Positions 29,797-39,876 of a stretch of 64,000 bases of DNA are shown piece by piece. The stretch covers positions 130,663 to 194,662 of the forward strand of contig JALFCF010000001.1 of assembly GCA_022771205.1 (NCBI GenBank). The letters run 5' to 3'. The notes beneath the pieces were generated by a model. It did no database searches. It saw nothing but the letters and a program-made list of their open reading frames with translations, and was not told the DNA's origin. The DNA comes from Mycoplasmatota bacterium. Its GTDB lineage: Bacteria > Bacillota_I > Bacilli_A > RF39 > UBA660. A program made the position numbers and the translations under genes. How positions within the stretch are numbered: position 1 is the stretch's first letter; the number at the start of each line of letters is the position of its first letter.

Positions 29797-30522
29797 ATGA
29801 ACAATAATTTAGATGTATGGGCTATTCAAAAATATCCCCAAGAGTTATTTACTGCCTTAGAAAATGTCAAAACAGATAAAGGTGACTTAATCTTATTTAC
29901 TAACTTGGAATGTGACTTTATATTAGGTGCACAAAAAGTGAAAAGAAGTTTTGATACTTCTCTTTACTATGATGCAGAAAATGGAAATGATGCTTTAATA
30001 TTATTAATGAAAGATGGAATAGCAACAGCAGATCAAATAAGAGAGTACTTACAAAAACAAGGGTTGAAATATCATGAAGTAACTTTTTATAAAGGATTAA
30101 AAGAAAAGTTATTAAACGAGTTTTCTATTCCATATGAGGAAGAAAAAGAAGATGAAAATATACCAGAACTTTGGTTTGCAAGGGAAGAATATGTATTAAA
30201 AGATGCATTAAATGATAGTATTGAAAAAGGAAACACTACTTGTGATTATTATCCTGCACTAGAAGGAATTTTAAGTTTAAATTACATTAGTAATGAAAGG
30301 CCAACTAGTTTTAACGTAGATGGAAGAAAAATTTCAGGAGTAATAGCTTTAGAAGATAAAATGATTTTAATGATTAATAATGGAAACGATCCAAGAAATC
30401 TAAATCCATTGCAAGTCCAAATGGTAATGGACGAATTAAATGTTTCTGCTAACATACATTCTGCTAAAGAATTTGATATTTCAAAACCTTATCAAAGCAA
30501 GGTAATGAAGAAAAATGAATAA
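29797..30522 (+). CDS. Hypothetical protein
   Basis: ORF. No motif recognised. Confidence 0.35.
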   Translation: MNNNLDVWAIQKYPQELFTALENVKTDKGDLILFTNLECDFILGAQKVKRSFDTSLYYDAENGNDALILLMKDGIATADQIREYLQKQGLKYHEVTFYKGLKEKLLNEFSIPYEEEKEDENIPELWFAREEYVLKDALNDSIEKGNTTCDYYPALEGILSLNYISNERPTSFNVDGRKISGVIALEDKMILMINNGNDPRNLNPLQVQMVMDELNVSANIHSAKEFDISKPYQSKVMKKNE

Positions 30523-31249
30523 AGTAGAAGAGTTAGCCCAAATTATAAAAAGTTCTTCTAATACAGTTTTTTTTGGTGGGGCAGGAGTATCAACAGAAAG
30601 TGGATTAAAAGATTTCCGTAGTAAAGATGGATTATACTATGAAAAATATAAGTATCCGCCAGAAGAAATATTATCACATCATTTTTTTATAAAATATCCA
30701 AAAGAGTTCTATGAATTTTATCGAAAGAAGTTAAATAGTTTAAATTACAAACCAAATGCAGCCCATAAAGTATTAGCATACCTAGAAGAAAAAGGATTAT
30801 TAAAAGCTGTTATTACTCAAAATATTGATGGTTTTCATCAAATGGCTGGATCAAAAAATGTTATTGAATTACATGGATCTGTATTAAGAAATTACTGTAT
30901 GAAATGTAATGAATTCTATGATGCCGAAAAGATTTTTGCAGAAGATAATATACCAAGGTGTGACTGTGGAGGCATAATAAAACCAGATGTGGTTCTATAT
31001 GAAGAAAATTTAGATGATAAAAGTATTCAAAAAGCAATTAAGTATATTAGTGAAGCTGAGGTTTTAATTATAGGAGGAACTTCATTGAATGTTTATCCAG
31101 CAGCTGGACTAATAAATTATTTTAAAGGAAAATATTTAGTTCTAATTAATAAAGAACAAACTCCATATGACAGAAAATGTACATTAACAATCTATGATAG
31201 TATTGGAATAGTTTTAGAAAAAATAAAAGAATACATAGAAAAAGGATAG
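30515..31249 (+). CDS. cobB: NAD-dependent protein deacylase (sirtuin, Sir2 family)
   Basis: 'FFGGAGVSTESGLKDFRS', Zn-ribbon CxxC...CxxC, 'GTSLNVYPAA'. Confidence 0.8.
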   Translation: MNKVEELAQIIKSSSNTVFFGGAGVSTESGLKDFRSKDGLYYEKYKYPPEEILSHHFFIKYPKEFYEFYRKKLNSLNYKPNAAHKVLAYLEEKGLLKAVITQNIDGFHQMAGSKNVIELHGSVLRNYCMKCNEFYDAEKIFAEDNIPRCDCGGIIKPDVVLYEENLDDKSIQKAIKYISEAEVLIIGGTSLNVYPAAGLINYFKGKYLVLINKEQTPYDRKCTLTIYDSIGIVLEKIKEYIEKG

Positions 31250-31255
31250 GAATTC

Positions 31256-31906
31256 CTATCTTTTCTTTTGCATAATAACTCCATACATATCAACATTATC
31301 TTTGCCATAATACCCATAAAACTTTTGTGCTGGTTGAGGCAATAAACTCATTCTATCATCAATGATACTATTAACTTTAGAATTGAAATTATTAACATCC
31401 TGTTGATATTGCATTTCTACTTCTAATACTTTTTCTTGTGGAACTCCTGGAACAATACCTGTTGTATAATAAACAAGAGCAGACTGTTCTGGTCCATCTT
31501 TCAGAGTATCTATTCTAGCAAATAGTGGTAAAAAGTTAAGCATTTTCCTTTCTTGTACTAAAGATACAAAAGGAATGTCCCAATAATTATTGACAGTATA
31601 ATCAAAAAATAAAGAATCACCATCACCAATTCGATTAATAATATCTTCAGTAGGAAAAGCATAATGTTGATTTCTATCTGTCCTTATTTCAGCACTATTC
31701 GTCCAAGGAAGACATTCAACGGAAAAAACTGTTCCTGAATTGCAATCCCACAGTAGAACTTGAAAATCATCATCTTGATCATTTTGATATATAGTTTTAC
31801 ATCCCACAGATGTCAATAACTGAACTAATCCATAAGCTGTATCTATTGTTTTTTTATCATTACTCACTAGTAAATTAAACCTCCTAAAACAACTATAGTA
31901 TACCAT
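31256..31906 (-). CDS. Hypothetical protein
   Basis: ORF. No motif recognised. Confidence 0.35.
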   Translation of the reverse strand: MVYYSCFRRFNLLVSNDKKTIDTAYGLVQLLTSVGCKTIYQNDQDDDFQVLLWDCNSGTVFSVECLPWTNSAEIRTDRNQHYAFPTEDIINRIGDGDSLFFDYTVNNYWDIPFVSLVQERKMLNFLPLFARIDTLKDGPEQSALVYYTTGIVPGVPQEKVLEVEMQYQQDVNNFNSKVNSIIDDRMSLLPQPAQKFYGYYGKDNVDMYGVIMQKKR

Positions 31907-31928
31907 ATGTCACTGAAAAAGACTAATA

Positions 31929-31957
31929 TTGACTTTTTTTCAAGCATATGCTATAAT
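31929..31957 (+). promoter_or_regulatory. Sigma-A-type promoter: ttgact, 17-nt spacer, tataat
   Basis: Seen in sequence. Confidence 0.5.
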
Positions 31958-31964
31958 AACCAAG

Positions 31965-32090
31965 CAAGCGAGGAGATATAAGCAATTTTTGTGAGCTATC
32001 TTGGGATAAAACCTACACGAACAAGCAGTAAGTACGGAGTCGCTAAGCAAATAGTGGTCTTTGTGCTTTTTATTTTGCAAAGCATAAAGC
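31965..32090 (+). promoter_or_regulatory. Copy 2 of the conserved 5'-UTR RNA element (core 31965-32043), followed by weaker hairpins before the RBS of gene 32108
   Basis: Same four exact blocks as copy 1, with small indels between them. Confidence 0.45.
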
Positions 32091-32107
32091 TATAAAGGAG
32101 AGATAAA

Positions 32108-32662
32108 ATGCAAAATAAACAAATTATAGATCCTAGCATCCAAGGATTAAACAATATTCCGCAACATTTTGATAAATTAGCAAAAAACTATTATGTGTAT
32201 AAATATGCTTCAGCATTAAAGGTTTCAGAACAAGAACAACAAGAAATGAATGTATTAGAAGTACTAGAACAACTAGGATTTCCTATGGATAAAACAGGAA
32301 CATATTTTTATAAAGAAATAATTATGAAAACTATGGAAGAATTAGAGATGGTAGAAACAAAAGAAGAAGAAAGAGATTTAAAGACAGCTATGGAGAATAG
32401 TTATTCTCAATTCTATTTTGATATTGCTAGAAATAACATAGATATTGGTTTAAAATCATTTCATGGTTGCATTCAGTTAGCTTATGAAGGAAGAAAAAAA
32501 ACACCAGACTGTATAAAACTAGAGCAAAGAATAGGAATAAATGGTGTTTGCTCTGATTACAGAGCAGAAGCAAGTTTAATAGCTAGACATATCATGACTA
32601 ACAATAACAAAGCAAAAGAACCACAAGCTGTTCAAACAACTGCAGTAGTAAAAGTAAAATAA
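32108..32662 (+). CDS. Hypothetical protein
   Basis: RBS 'aaaggagag'. No motif. Confidence 0.35.
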   Translation: MQNKQIIDPSIQGLNNIPQHFDKLAKNYYVYKYASALKVSEQEQQEMNVLEVLEQLGFPMDKTGTYFYKEIIMKTMEELEMVETKEEERDLKTAMENSYSQFYFDIARNNIDIGLKSFHGCIQLAYEGRKKTPDCIKLEQRIGINGVCSDYRAEASLIARHIMTNNNKAKEPQAVQTTAVVKVK

Positions 32663-32757
32663 TTATGTAAAAAGCATAGAATTATTTATCTATGCTTTTT
32701 ATATGTCTAAAATATTCGATTATGATATACTAAATATAAAAATGAAAGGGAAATAAA

Positions 32758-33021
32758 ATGAAAGAAGAAAAAAACAGAATAGTATATGAAATAGAAGGAA
32801 AAGAAATTGGTGAAATAGAATTTAAAGAATTAGATAAAAACACAGTAGATATTTATCATACTTATGTAGATCCTGATTATCAAGGAAAAAATATAGCTTC
32901 ACAACTAGTAGAAGAGTTATTTAAAAAATTAAAAACAGAAAATAAAAAAGCTGTTGTGAGCTGTAGCTACGTAGCACATTGGATAGAAAAACATCCTGAA
33001 TATAGTGACCAGTGCCTGTAA
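32758..33021 (+). CDS. Small GNAT-like acetyltransferase-fold protein
   Basis: 87 aa, resembling the minimal GNAT (Acetyltransf_CG-like) family. Confidence 0.45.
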   Translation: MKEEKNRIVYEIEGKEIGEIEFKELDKNTVDIYHTYVDPDYQGKNIASQLVEELFKKLKTENKKAVVSCSYVAHWIEKHPEYSDQCL

Positions 33022-33164
33022 ACTATTTGTAAAAATATGACAAGTTAAAATTATACATATTGATATTCAAAGAAAGTAAAAAAATACTTTCTTTTTTTTA
33101 TGATAATAGATTGACAAGTGTATAAAAGTACGCATATAATTAAAATGCAGAAAGGATGTGAATT

Positions 33165-33812
33165 ATGGAAGTAACAAACCCAAAGTATCAGCATCAAGGA
33201 ATACATGTTATCACCTCAATTTTTACAGTAGATAAAGGAATATTGAAAGTATTACTAGTAAAAAGGAAAAATGAACCTTACAAAGATTACTGGGCATTAA
33301 CTGGTGGATCTCTTTATAATGATGAAGATTTAGAGGATGGACTAAATAGAGAAATATATGAAAAAACTGGTTTAAGAAATATTGAAGTGAAATTTTCAAA
33401 AGTTTTTGGTAAAAAAGATAGATCACCAGTAATGAGAATGATAGCTATTACTTATATTGGGATAATTGATGCTAGTAAGGTAGAAATTGCAAAAGATACA
33501 TTAAAAACAAGTAATGCTGAATGGTTTAAAATTGATGAAGTACCACAACTTGCTTATGATCATAATGAAATAATAGAAGAGGCAATAAAGACATTAAAAG
33601 CAGAAATTTTAAAAACAGACTTATTAAAGGTCTTTTTCCCTAATGGATTCACCTTACCAGAATTACAAAAAATATATGAAAGTATCTTAAATAAAAAATT
33701 AGATAGAAGGAATTTTAGAAAAAAGATGTTAAATACGAACATTATTATAGCAACAGAGGAAGAAATGACTTTTGAGGGAAAGAAGAAAGCTAAAATTTAT
33801 AAATTTAAATAA
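33165..33812 (+). CDS. NrtR-like regulator: NUDIX domain fused to a C-terminal winged-helix domain
   Basis: Nudix box 'TGGSLYNDEDLEDGLNREIYEKTGL'. C-terminus 'LPELQKIYESILNKKLDRRNFRKKML...KAKIYKF' matches the NrtR DNA-binding-domain pattern. Confidence 0.55.
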   Translation: MEVTNPKYQHQGIHVITSIFTVDKGILKVLLVKRKNEPYKDYWALTGGSLYNDEDLEDGLNREIYEKTGLRNIEVKFSKVFGKKDRSPVMRMIAITYIGIIDASKVEIAKDTLKTSNAEWFKIDEVPQLAYDHNEIIEEAIKTLKAEILKTDLLKVFFPNGFTLPELQKIYESILNKKLDRRNFRKKMLNTNIIIATEEEMTFEGKKKAKIYKFK

Positions 33813-33829
33813 AAGAAAGAAGAGGGAGT

Positions 33830-34432
33830 ATGCAAGAAAAGTTATGTTTTTATTACAGTGCAATGAAAGGTGGAAAAACAACCAGAATTTTTCAAAAGAT
33901 ACATGATCTAGAAGAAAATGATCAACAAGTATTATTAATAAAACCTGCTCAAGATACCAAAGGAGAAGCACAGATAATAAATAGGCTAAAGCAAACTAGA
34001 ACAGTTGATATTCTACTTTTTCCAACAGCCAAAATTTTATCGGAAGAAAATATAGATAAAATTTATGATTGTGATCATATTATTGTAGATGAAGCTCAAT
34101 TTTTAACACCAGAACAAATAGATGAATTGTGGAAAATTAATAAAAAGGCAAATGTTCCAATTACTTGTTTTGGTTTGTTAACAAACTTTAGAGGAGAATT
34201 GTTTCCAGGAGCAAAAAGATTAATTGAACTTTCAGATGAAAAAATAGAATTAGAAACAAATTCCTTATGTACCTGTGGAGCTCCAGCAAAATTTAATGCT
34301 AGAAAAGTAGATGGAGTATTTACTATGAAAGGTGACGAGATAGAGATTGATGGAGCAAGTTCAAATGTTGAATATGTACCACTTTGTGGAGCTTGCTTTT
34401 ATAAAAAAGTTTATAGAAAAGGAAAGAAATAG
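33830..34432 (+). CDS. tdk: Thymidine kinase
   Basis: P-loop 'MKGGKTT', 'VDEAQF', C-terminal Zn-ribbon cysteines. Confidence 0.85.
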   Translation: MQEKLCFYYSAMKGGKTTRIFQKIHDLEENDQQVLLIKPAQDTKGEAQIINRLKQTRTVDILLFPTAKILSEENIDKIYDCDHIIVDEAQFLTPEQIDELWKINKKANVPITCFGLLTNFRGELFPGAKRLIELSDEKIELETNSLCTCGAPAKFNARKVDGVFTMKGDEIEIDGASSNVEYVPLCGACFYKKVYRKGKK

Positions 34433-34433
34433 A

Positions 34434-35546
34434 ATGAAAAAGAAAAAGATTGCTTTAACAGGAGGACCTTGCGCTGGAAAAACAACAGCTATCCAGCAAA
34501 TTGAAAAAGAATTTACAGAAAAAGGATACCAAGTACTAATAGTACCAGAAGCAGCGACAATTCTTATTAATAGTGGAATTAGACCATTTGGAAATTTTGC
34601 ACTAGATACGGTAGAGTTTCAAAAACAAGTAATAACTTTGCAATTAACTCTAGAACAGTTGGCAGAAGAAACTGCCAAACAAAGTAAAAATCCAACAATC
34701 ATTTTATGTGATAGAGGAATACTAGATGATAAAGCATATGTAACAAAAAAAGAGTGGCAAGACTTATTGAAAGACTTTTCTGCAAAAGAATTTGATTTGA
34801 TGAATCGTTATGACTTAGTAATCCATTTAAGAACAGCAGCTTTAGGAAAAGAAGAATTTTATACATTGGATAATAATAGTGCTAGAACTGAAACAGCAGA
34901 AGAAGCAAGAGAAAAAGATAAAAAAACATTAGAAGGATGGCTAGGTCATGAAAAACTAAAGATTATTGGTAATGAAAACTCTTTTGAAGACAAAATAAAT
35001 CAAGTAGTAAAAGAAATATATGGGGTATTATCAAAACCATATCCAATCCAAATTCAAAGAAAGTATTTAGTAGAAAAAATAGATATAGATAAAATAGAAA
35101 AGGAAAAATTAGTAAAATTAGAAATAGAACAGTATGTAATAGAAAGTGGAAATGTAGAATATATCTATCGTAGAACAGGAAAAGAAAAGGAAGAAAAGTA
35201 TACATTAATAACTAAAATAGATACAGAAATTAATAATGAAAGAATAACAACAAAAAGAAATATTTCAGAAGAAGAATATTATTCAAATTTATCAAAAGAA
35301 GAAACACCTATAACAAAGACAAGATATTGCTTTGAATATCAAAATAGTTATTTTAGATTAGATATCTTTAACAATGGATTACAAATGTTAGAAGTAGAAA
35401 CTACTTCTTCTGATGAAAAAATTCAAATACCTAAATTTATAGAAATAAAAGAAGAAGTAACAAATGATACTAATTATAGAAACGCTTCATTATATAAAAA
35501 GTTAAATTCTCCTCAAAAAGATATAGAAAAGACATTTAAAAAGTAG
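34434..35546 (+). CDS. P-loop ATPase (NadR-kinase/AAA_28-like) fused to a C-terminal CYTH-like domain
   Basis: 'IALTGGPCAGKTT' Walker A. C-terminus 'IQRKYLVEK...' has CYTH-type EXEXK-like beta strands. ATG 34434 follows the tdk stop directly. Confidence 0.45.
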   Translation: MKKKKIALTGGPCAGKTTAIQQIEKEFTEKGYQVLIVPEAATILINSGIRPFGNFALDTVEFQKQVITLQLTLEQLAEETAKQSKNPTIILCDRGILDDKAYVTKKEWQDLLKDFSAKEFDLMNRYDLVIHLRTAALGKEEFYTLDNNSARTETAEEAREKDKKTLEGWLGHEKLKIIGNENSFEDKINQVVKEIYGVLSKPYPIQIQRKYLVEKIDIDKIEKEKLVKLEIEQYVIESGNVEYIYRRTGKEKEEKYTLITKIDTEINNERITTKRNISEEEYYSNLSKEETPITKTRYCFEYQNSYFRLDIFNNGLQMLEVETTSSDEKIQIPKFIEIKEEVTNDTNYRNASLYKKLNSPQKDIEKTFKK

Positions 35547-35584
35547 TATAATGGAGCAAGTAACTAAAAAAGAGGAAGATAAAG

Positions 35585-36466
35585 ATGGATAGATTTAAAT
35601 CAGCAAAAAAAGCAAGTATTTTAGGAATAGTTGGTAATATATTTTTACTAGTAATTAAAACAGTAATAGGGTTTATGACTGGAAGTAGAGCTATGATTGC
35701 AGATGCTATGAACAGTGCTAGTGACATATTCTCATCACTAATGACATTAATTGGTAACAGAATAGCTTCACAACCATCAGATGAAGACCATAATCTTGGT
35801 CATGGTAAGGCAGAATATATTTATTCACTTTTAATTAGTCTTACGATGATAGTTTTAGGATTAACAGTAGCAGCAGACTCTATTAAATCGTTAGTACAGA
35901 AAGAAATATTTACATTTTCTATATGGCTAATAATTATTTGTATTTTGACTATATTAACTAAGTTATCGTTATATTTATATACAAAACGAGTTGCTAAAAA
36001 GTATAATAATTTATTAATGAAAGCTAATTGCGAAGATCATAAAAATGATTGTATTATAACATCAATCAACCTTTTAGCCATTATTTTAGGTAAATTTGGA
36101 ATTTATTTTGTAGATGGAATAGTAGGTTTTGGTATAGCAGTTTGGATTATGAAAACTGGAATTGAAATATTTAAAGAAAGCTACGATGTTTTAATGGATA
36201 AATCCATAGATAACAAAACAAAAGAACTTGTATATGAAATAGTTAAAGAGCATGATAAAGTACTAGGAATGACAGGCTTTCATTCTGCTCCAGTAGGATA
36301 TCAATATCAAATATTTTTCACTATCCAAGTAGATGGAAACTTAAAAACCTTTGAAAGTCATAAAATTGCTAATCATCTAGAAAAAGAAATTACAAAAAGT
36401 ATTCCTGAAATATTCTTAACTGTAATTCACGTAGATCCTGTCCATGTAAAAAAAAATAAGGCATAA
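35585..36466 (+). CDS. Cation diffusion facilitator family transporter
   Basis: 'AMIADAMNSASD' and 'HGKAEY' CDF signatures. Six TM helices. Confidence 0.8.
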   Translation: MDRFKSAKKASILGIVGNIFLLVIKTVIGFMTGSRAMIADAMNSASDIFSSLMTLIGNRIASQPSDEDHNLGHGKAEYIYSLLISLTMIVLGLTVAADSIKSLVQKEIFTFSIWLIIICILTILTKLSLYLYTKRVAKKYNNLLMKANCEDHKNDCIITSINLLAIILGKFGIYFVDGIVGFGIAVWIMKTGIEIFKESYDVLMDKSIDNKTKELVYEIVKEHDKVLGMTGFHSAPVGYQYQIFFTIQVDGNLKTFESHKIANHLEKEITKSIPEIFLTVIHVDPVHVKKNKA

Positions 36467-36551
36467 GCCTTTTTTTTATGAAAATTAAATGAAAAAGATA
36501 TTCAATCTTGACAAAAAAAGTTATAATATTAAAAGAAGGAGTTTGGCAGTT

Positions 36552-37250
36552 ATGAATCAAGAAAAAATAGGAAAATTTATTTTAGATTTACGAAAACAAA
36601 ATAAAATGACCCAAAAAGAATTGGCAGATAAATTGAATGTAACTGCACAAGCAGTATCAAAATGGGAAAATGGTAGAGGAATTCCGGATATAGAAATATT
36701 ACAAAAGATAAGTACAGAATTTAATGTCAATATAGAAAGTATTCTAAATGGAGAAAAAAACAAAAAGAAAATGCCAATTAAATATATATTAATTATTCTA
36801 TTAGTAATAATCTTATTAGGAGTAGCAATATACTTATTATTGAATTCAAGTGATTATAATTTTACAGATATAAAATCCACTAGTAATAATTTCAATGTAA
36901 ATGGAGTAGCAGCTTATTCATCAGATAAAAACTCTATTTATATTTCTAAAATAGAATATTTAGATGGTGATGAAGAAGAAAAATATGTAGGAATGGAATG
37001 TACATTATATGAAAGCCACGATAATTTAGAAGAAAAAGTATCACAGTGTGGATCGCTAAAAGAAGAAAAACAAACACCAAAGACTTTATCAGAATTATTA
37101 AAAGAAACAGAATTTAAAGTAGAAAACTTCTCTTGTACTAGTAAAAATATAAAAAATAGTAATCTATATATTAGTATTAATGTATTAGATACAGAGGGAA
37201 AAATAACTACGTATAAAGTTCCTTTAGTATTAACCGGATCTTGTAACTAA
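36552..37250 (+). CDS. XRE-family HTH regulator with a TM segment and an extracytoplasmic domain
   Basis: 'MTQKELADKLNVTAQAVSKWENG' HTH. A TM helix follows. Confidence 0.6.
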   Translation: MNQEKIGKFILDLRKQNKMTQKELADKLNVTAQAVSKWENGRGIPDIEILQKISTEFNVNIESILNGEKNKKKMPIKYILIILLVIILLGVAIYLLLNSSDYNFTDIKSTSNNFNVNGVAAYSSDKNSIYISKIEYLDGDEEEKYVGMECTLYESHDNLEEKVSQCGSLKEEKQTPKTLSELLKETEFKVENFSCTSKNIKNSNLYISINVLDTEGKITTYKVPLVLTGSCN

Positions 37251-37331
37251 ACGCATCGTTTACTAAATTAAACGGTACGTTTATTTTTTTGCTATAAAAT
37301 ATAAGGTATACTGAAAAAAAGGAGAAAAAGT

Positions 37332-39314
37332 ATGCAAAAAAAGAGAATAAAAAAAGAAAAGAAAAATATAAAAAAAATAATTCTTATTGTGTTAGGAATT
37401 ATAATAGGTATAAGTATTATTGGATTATTAGTACTAGATAATAAATCAACAGCTAAAGAAGAATTAAAATTAACACAAAGTCTAAGAACTAAACAACAAA
37501 AACTAGAAAAAGAATTTAAAAGTGAAGGGTATACCTTAGAAGATCCTAGTGTTATTGTAGACCCTTATGATAATTCCCCTTTAACAGCACTAGTTATTTT
37601 TGAAACAAAAGATGAAGAAAAAGTAAAAATAACCATTAAAGGAAAAGATGAACTAACAACTTATACACATGAATTTGATAAAGAAAAAGTTCATTATATA
37701 CCAGTATATGGATTATATGCAGGAAAAGAAAATACTGTAATAATTGAATGTGGAGATAAGAAAAAAGAAATAAAAATAAAAACAGAAAAACTTCCAGAAG
37801 ATTTTATTTTACCAACTTCTGTAAAAAAGGAAGAATCTAAATTAACAAATGATTTATATTTCTTTACACCATCTAGTAGGGGCTATACATGTGCTTATGA
37901 TACAAATGGAGATGTTCGTTGGTATTTAACAAATACAGCTACTTGGAAAATAGATAGACTAAAGAACGGACATTTATTAGTAAGTACAGAAAGATTAATC
38001 AACAATCCATACTATTTAACGGGGTTATATGAAATGGATATGTTAGGTAAAATTTATGTAGAATATAGCTTGCCAGGAGGTTATCACCATGATTATTATG
38101 AAATGCCAAATGGTAATTTACTAGTGTCTAGTGATAACTTTAATAGTGGTAGAGGAACAGTAGAAGACTATATAGTAGAGTTAGATAGAGAAACTGGTAA
38201 AATTGTAAAGACTATTGATTTAAAAGATATATTGAATACAGAAGATGGTAAAAGTGAAAATTGGGTAGATTATGACTGGTTCCATAATAATTCAGTTTGG
38301 TATGATGAAAAAACAAATTCTATAACTTTATCAGGTAGACATCAAGACGCTGTAATTAATATTGATTATGATAGTGGAAAATTAAATTGGATTATTGGAG
38401 ATTCTACAAATTGGAGTGAAGAATATCAAAAATATTTCTTTAAACCATTAGGTGATGATTTTGAATGGCAATGGAGCCAACATGCAGCTATGATTACTCC
38501 AGAAGGATATGTATTTATTTTTGATAATGGAAATAATAAATCTAAAAATAAAGAGGAATATGTTTCTGCTGAAGATAGTTATTCTAGAGGGGTAATGTAC
38601 AAAATCGATACAAAAAAAATGACAATTGAACAAGTTTGGGAATATGGAAAAGAAAGAGGTAGTGAATTCTATTCACCATATATTTCAGACGTTGACTATT
38701 TAGATAAAGATCACTATATCGTCCATTCTGGTGGGATTGTTTATATAGATGGAAAAAATTCTAACCAACCAGCAGGCTTAGGTGGAGCAGATAAACTAGT
38801 AAGTGATACTGTAGAACTATTAGATGATGAAGTAATCTTTGAAATAAAATTACCAACAAATAATTATAGAGTAGAAAAAATGCCATTATACGGTTCTGAC
38901 ACTTTCGAATTAGGTAATCAAGATATAAAAGGAAGTCTAGGAGAAACAAAAGTAGATAAAACGAGACTTGGTTTTATAACAAATGCCAAAGCAATTGACA
39001 AAGAATATAAATCTCATGATATTAATATTACAAATGAAGAAGATAGAATTGAAGTAAAAGGAAGATTTAAACGTGGAACAGAAGTAAAAGTATTACTATA
39101 TAAAAATGGTAAAATAAAAGAATACCAAATTCCAATCAGTAAAAAACCATACACTGCTATGTGTGTAGATATATTTACAGAGGAAGAAAATAAAAATGGA
39201 ATTGTCGTAACAAAATATATAAATAAAGAAAATTTAAGCGGAAAGTATTCACTTTATCTACAAATTGATGATACAATATATAAGACAGGAAAATATATAG
39301 AAGGGTGGTACTAG
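37332..39314 (+). CDS. Arylsulfotransferase (ASST) family protein with an N-terminal signal-anchor
   Basis: Size and beta-propeller repeats typical of ASST. Confidence 0.6.
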   Translation: MQKKRIKKEKKNIKKIILIVLGIIIGISIIGLLVLDNKSTAKEELKLTQSLRTKQQKLEKEFKSEGYTLEDPSVIVDPYDNSPLTALVIFETKDEEKVKITIKGKDELTTYTHEFDKEKVHYIPVYGLYAGKENTVIIECGDKKKEIKIKTEKLPEDFILPTSVKKEESKLTNDLYFFTPSSRGYTCAYDTNGDVRWYLTNTATWKIDRLKNGHLLVSTERLINNPYYLTGLYEMDMLGKIYVEYSLPGGYHHDYYEMPNGNLLVSSDNFNSGRGTVEDYIVELDRETGKIVKTIDLKDILNTEDGKSENWVDYDWFHNNSVWYDEKTNSITLSGRHQDAVINIDYDSGKLNWIIGDSTNWSEEYQKYFFKPLGDDFEWQWSQHAAMITPEGYVFIFDNGNNKSKNKEEYVSAEDSYSRGVMYKIDTKKMTIEQVWEYGKERGSEFYSPYISDVDYLDKDHYIVHSGGIVYIDGKNSNQPAGLGGADKLVSDTVELLDDEVIFEIKLPTNNYRVEKMPLYGSDTFELGNQDIKGSLGETKVDKTRLGFITNAKAIDKEYKSHDINITNEEDRIEVKGRFKRGTEVKVLLYKNGKIKEYQIPISKKPYTAMCVDIFTEEENKNGIVVTKYINKENLSGKYSLYLQIDDTIYKTGKYIEGWY

Positions 39315-39319
39315 AAAGT

Positions 39320-39811
39320 ATGGCTAAAAAAAATAGCAAAAATAAGAATAATACAATAATAATGGTTAGTAGCTTGTGTGTTATTATAATAGTTGTAGCG
39401 GTGATTTTAATCGTTGGAGCAACATCTCCTAAAAGTGTTACTAGAACATTAAAAGAACAAACAGAAGCAAATATTAAATTTGATAATAAAAAAATTAATG
39501 TATATTTGTTCTATGGAGATGGATGTCCACATTGTGAAGAACTAATTAAATTCTTGGATAATTTACCAGAAAAATATGATCAATATTTTGATTTATATAC
39601 TATGGAAGTTTGGTACAATCAAAAAAATAATAAACTAATGGAAGAGTTAGTTGGTGAATTAGGAAAAGAAGTAGAAGGTGTTCCTTGCCTAATTGTTGGA
39701 GATCAAGTATTCTTTGGATACTCTGAAACGACAGGACAAGAAATCAAGAAAGCTATTAAAGAAGAACATTTACTTGTTGATAAATATGATGTTTATAAAA
39801 ATTATAAATAA
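39320..39811 (+). CDS. Thioredoxin-fold thiol:disulfide oxidoreductase (DsbA-like partner of ASST)
   Basis: CxxC active site 'CPHC'. Signal-anchor. Confidence 0.6.
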   Translation: MAKKNSKNKNNTIIMVSSLCVIIIVVAVILIVGATSPKSVTRTLKEQTEANIKFDNKKINVYLFYGDGCPHCEELIKFLDNLPEKYDQYFDLYTMEVWYNQKNNKLMEELVGELGKEVEGVPCLIVGDQVFFGYSETTGQEIKKAIKEEHLLVDKYDVYKNYK

Positions 39812-39876
39812 TTAAGAAAGCATGATGAAAGTCATGTTTTTTATGTTATAATTTCTTAATGAAAGTGGGAGATAAA

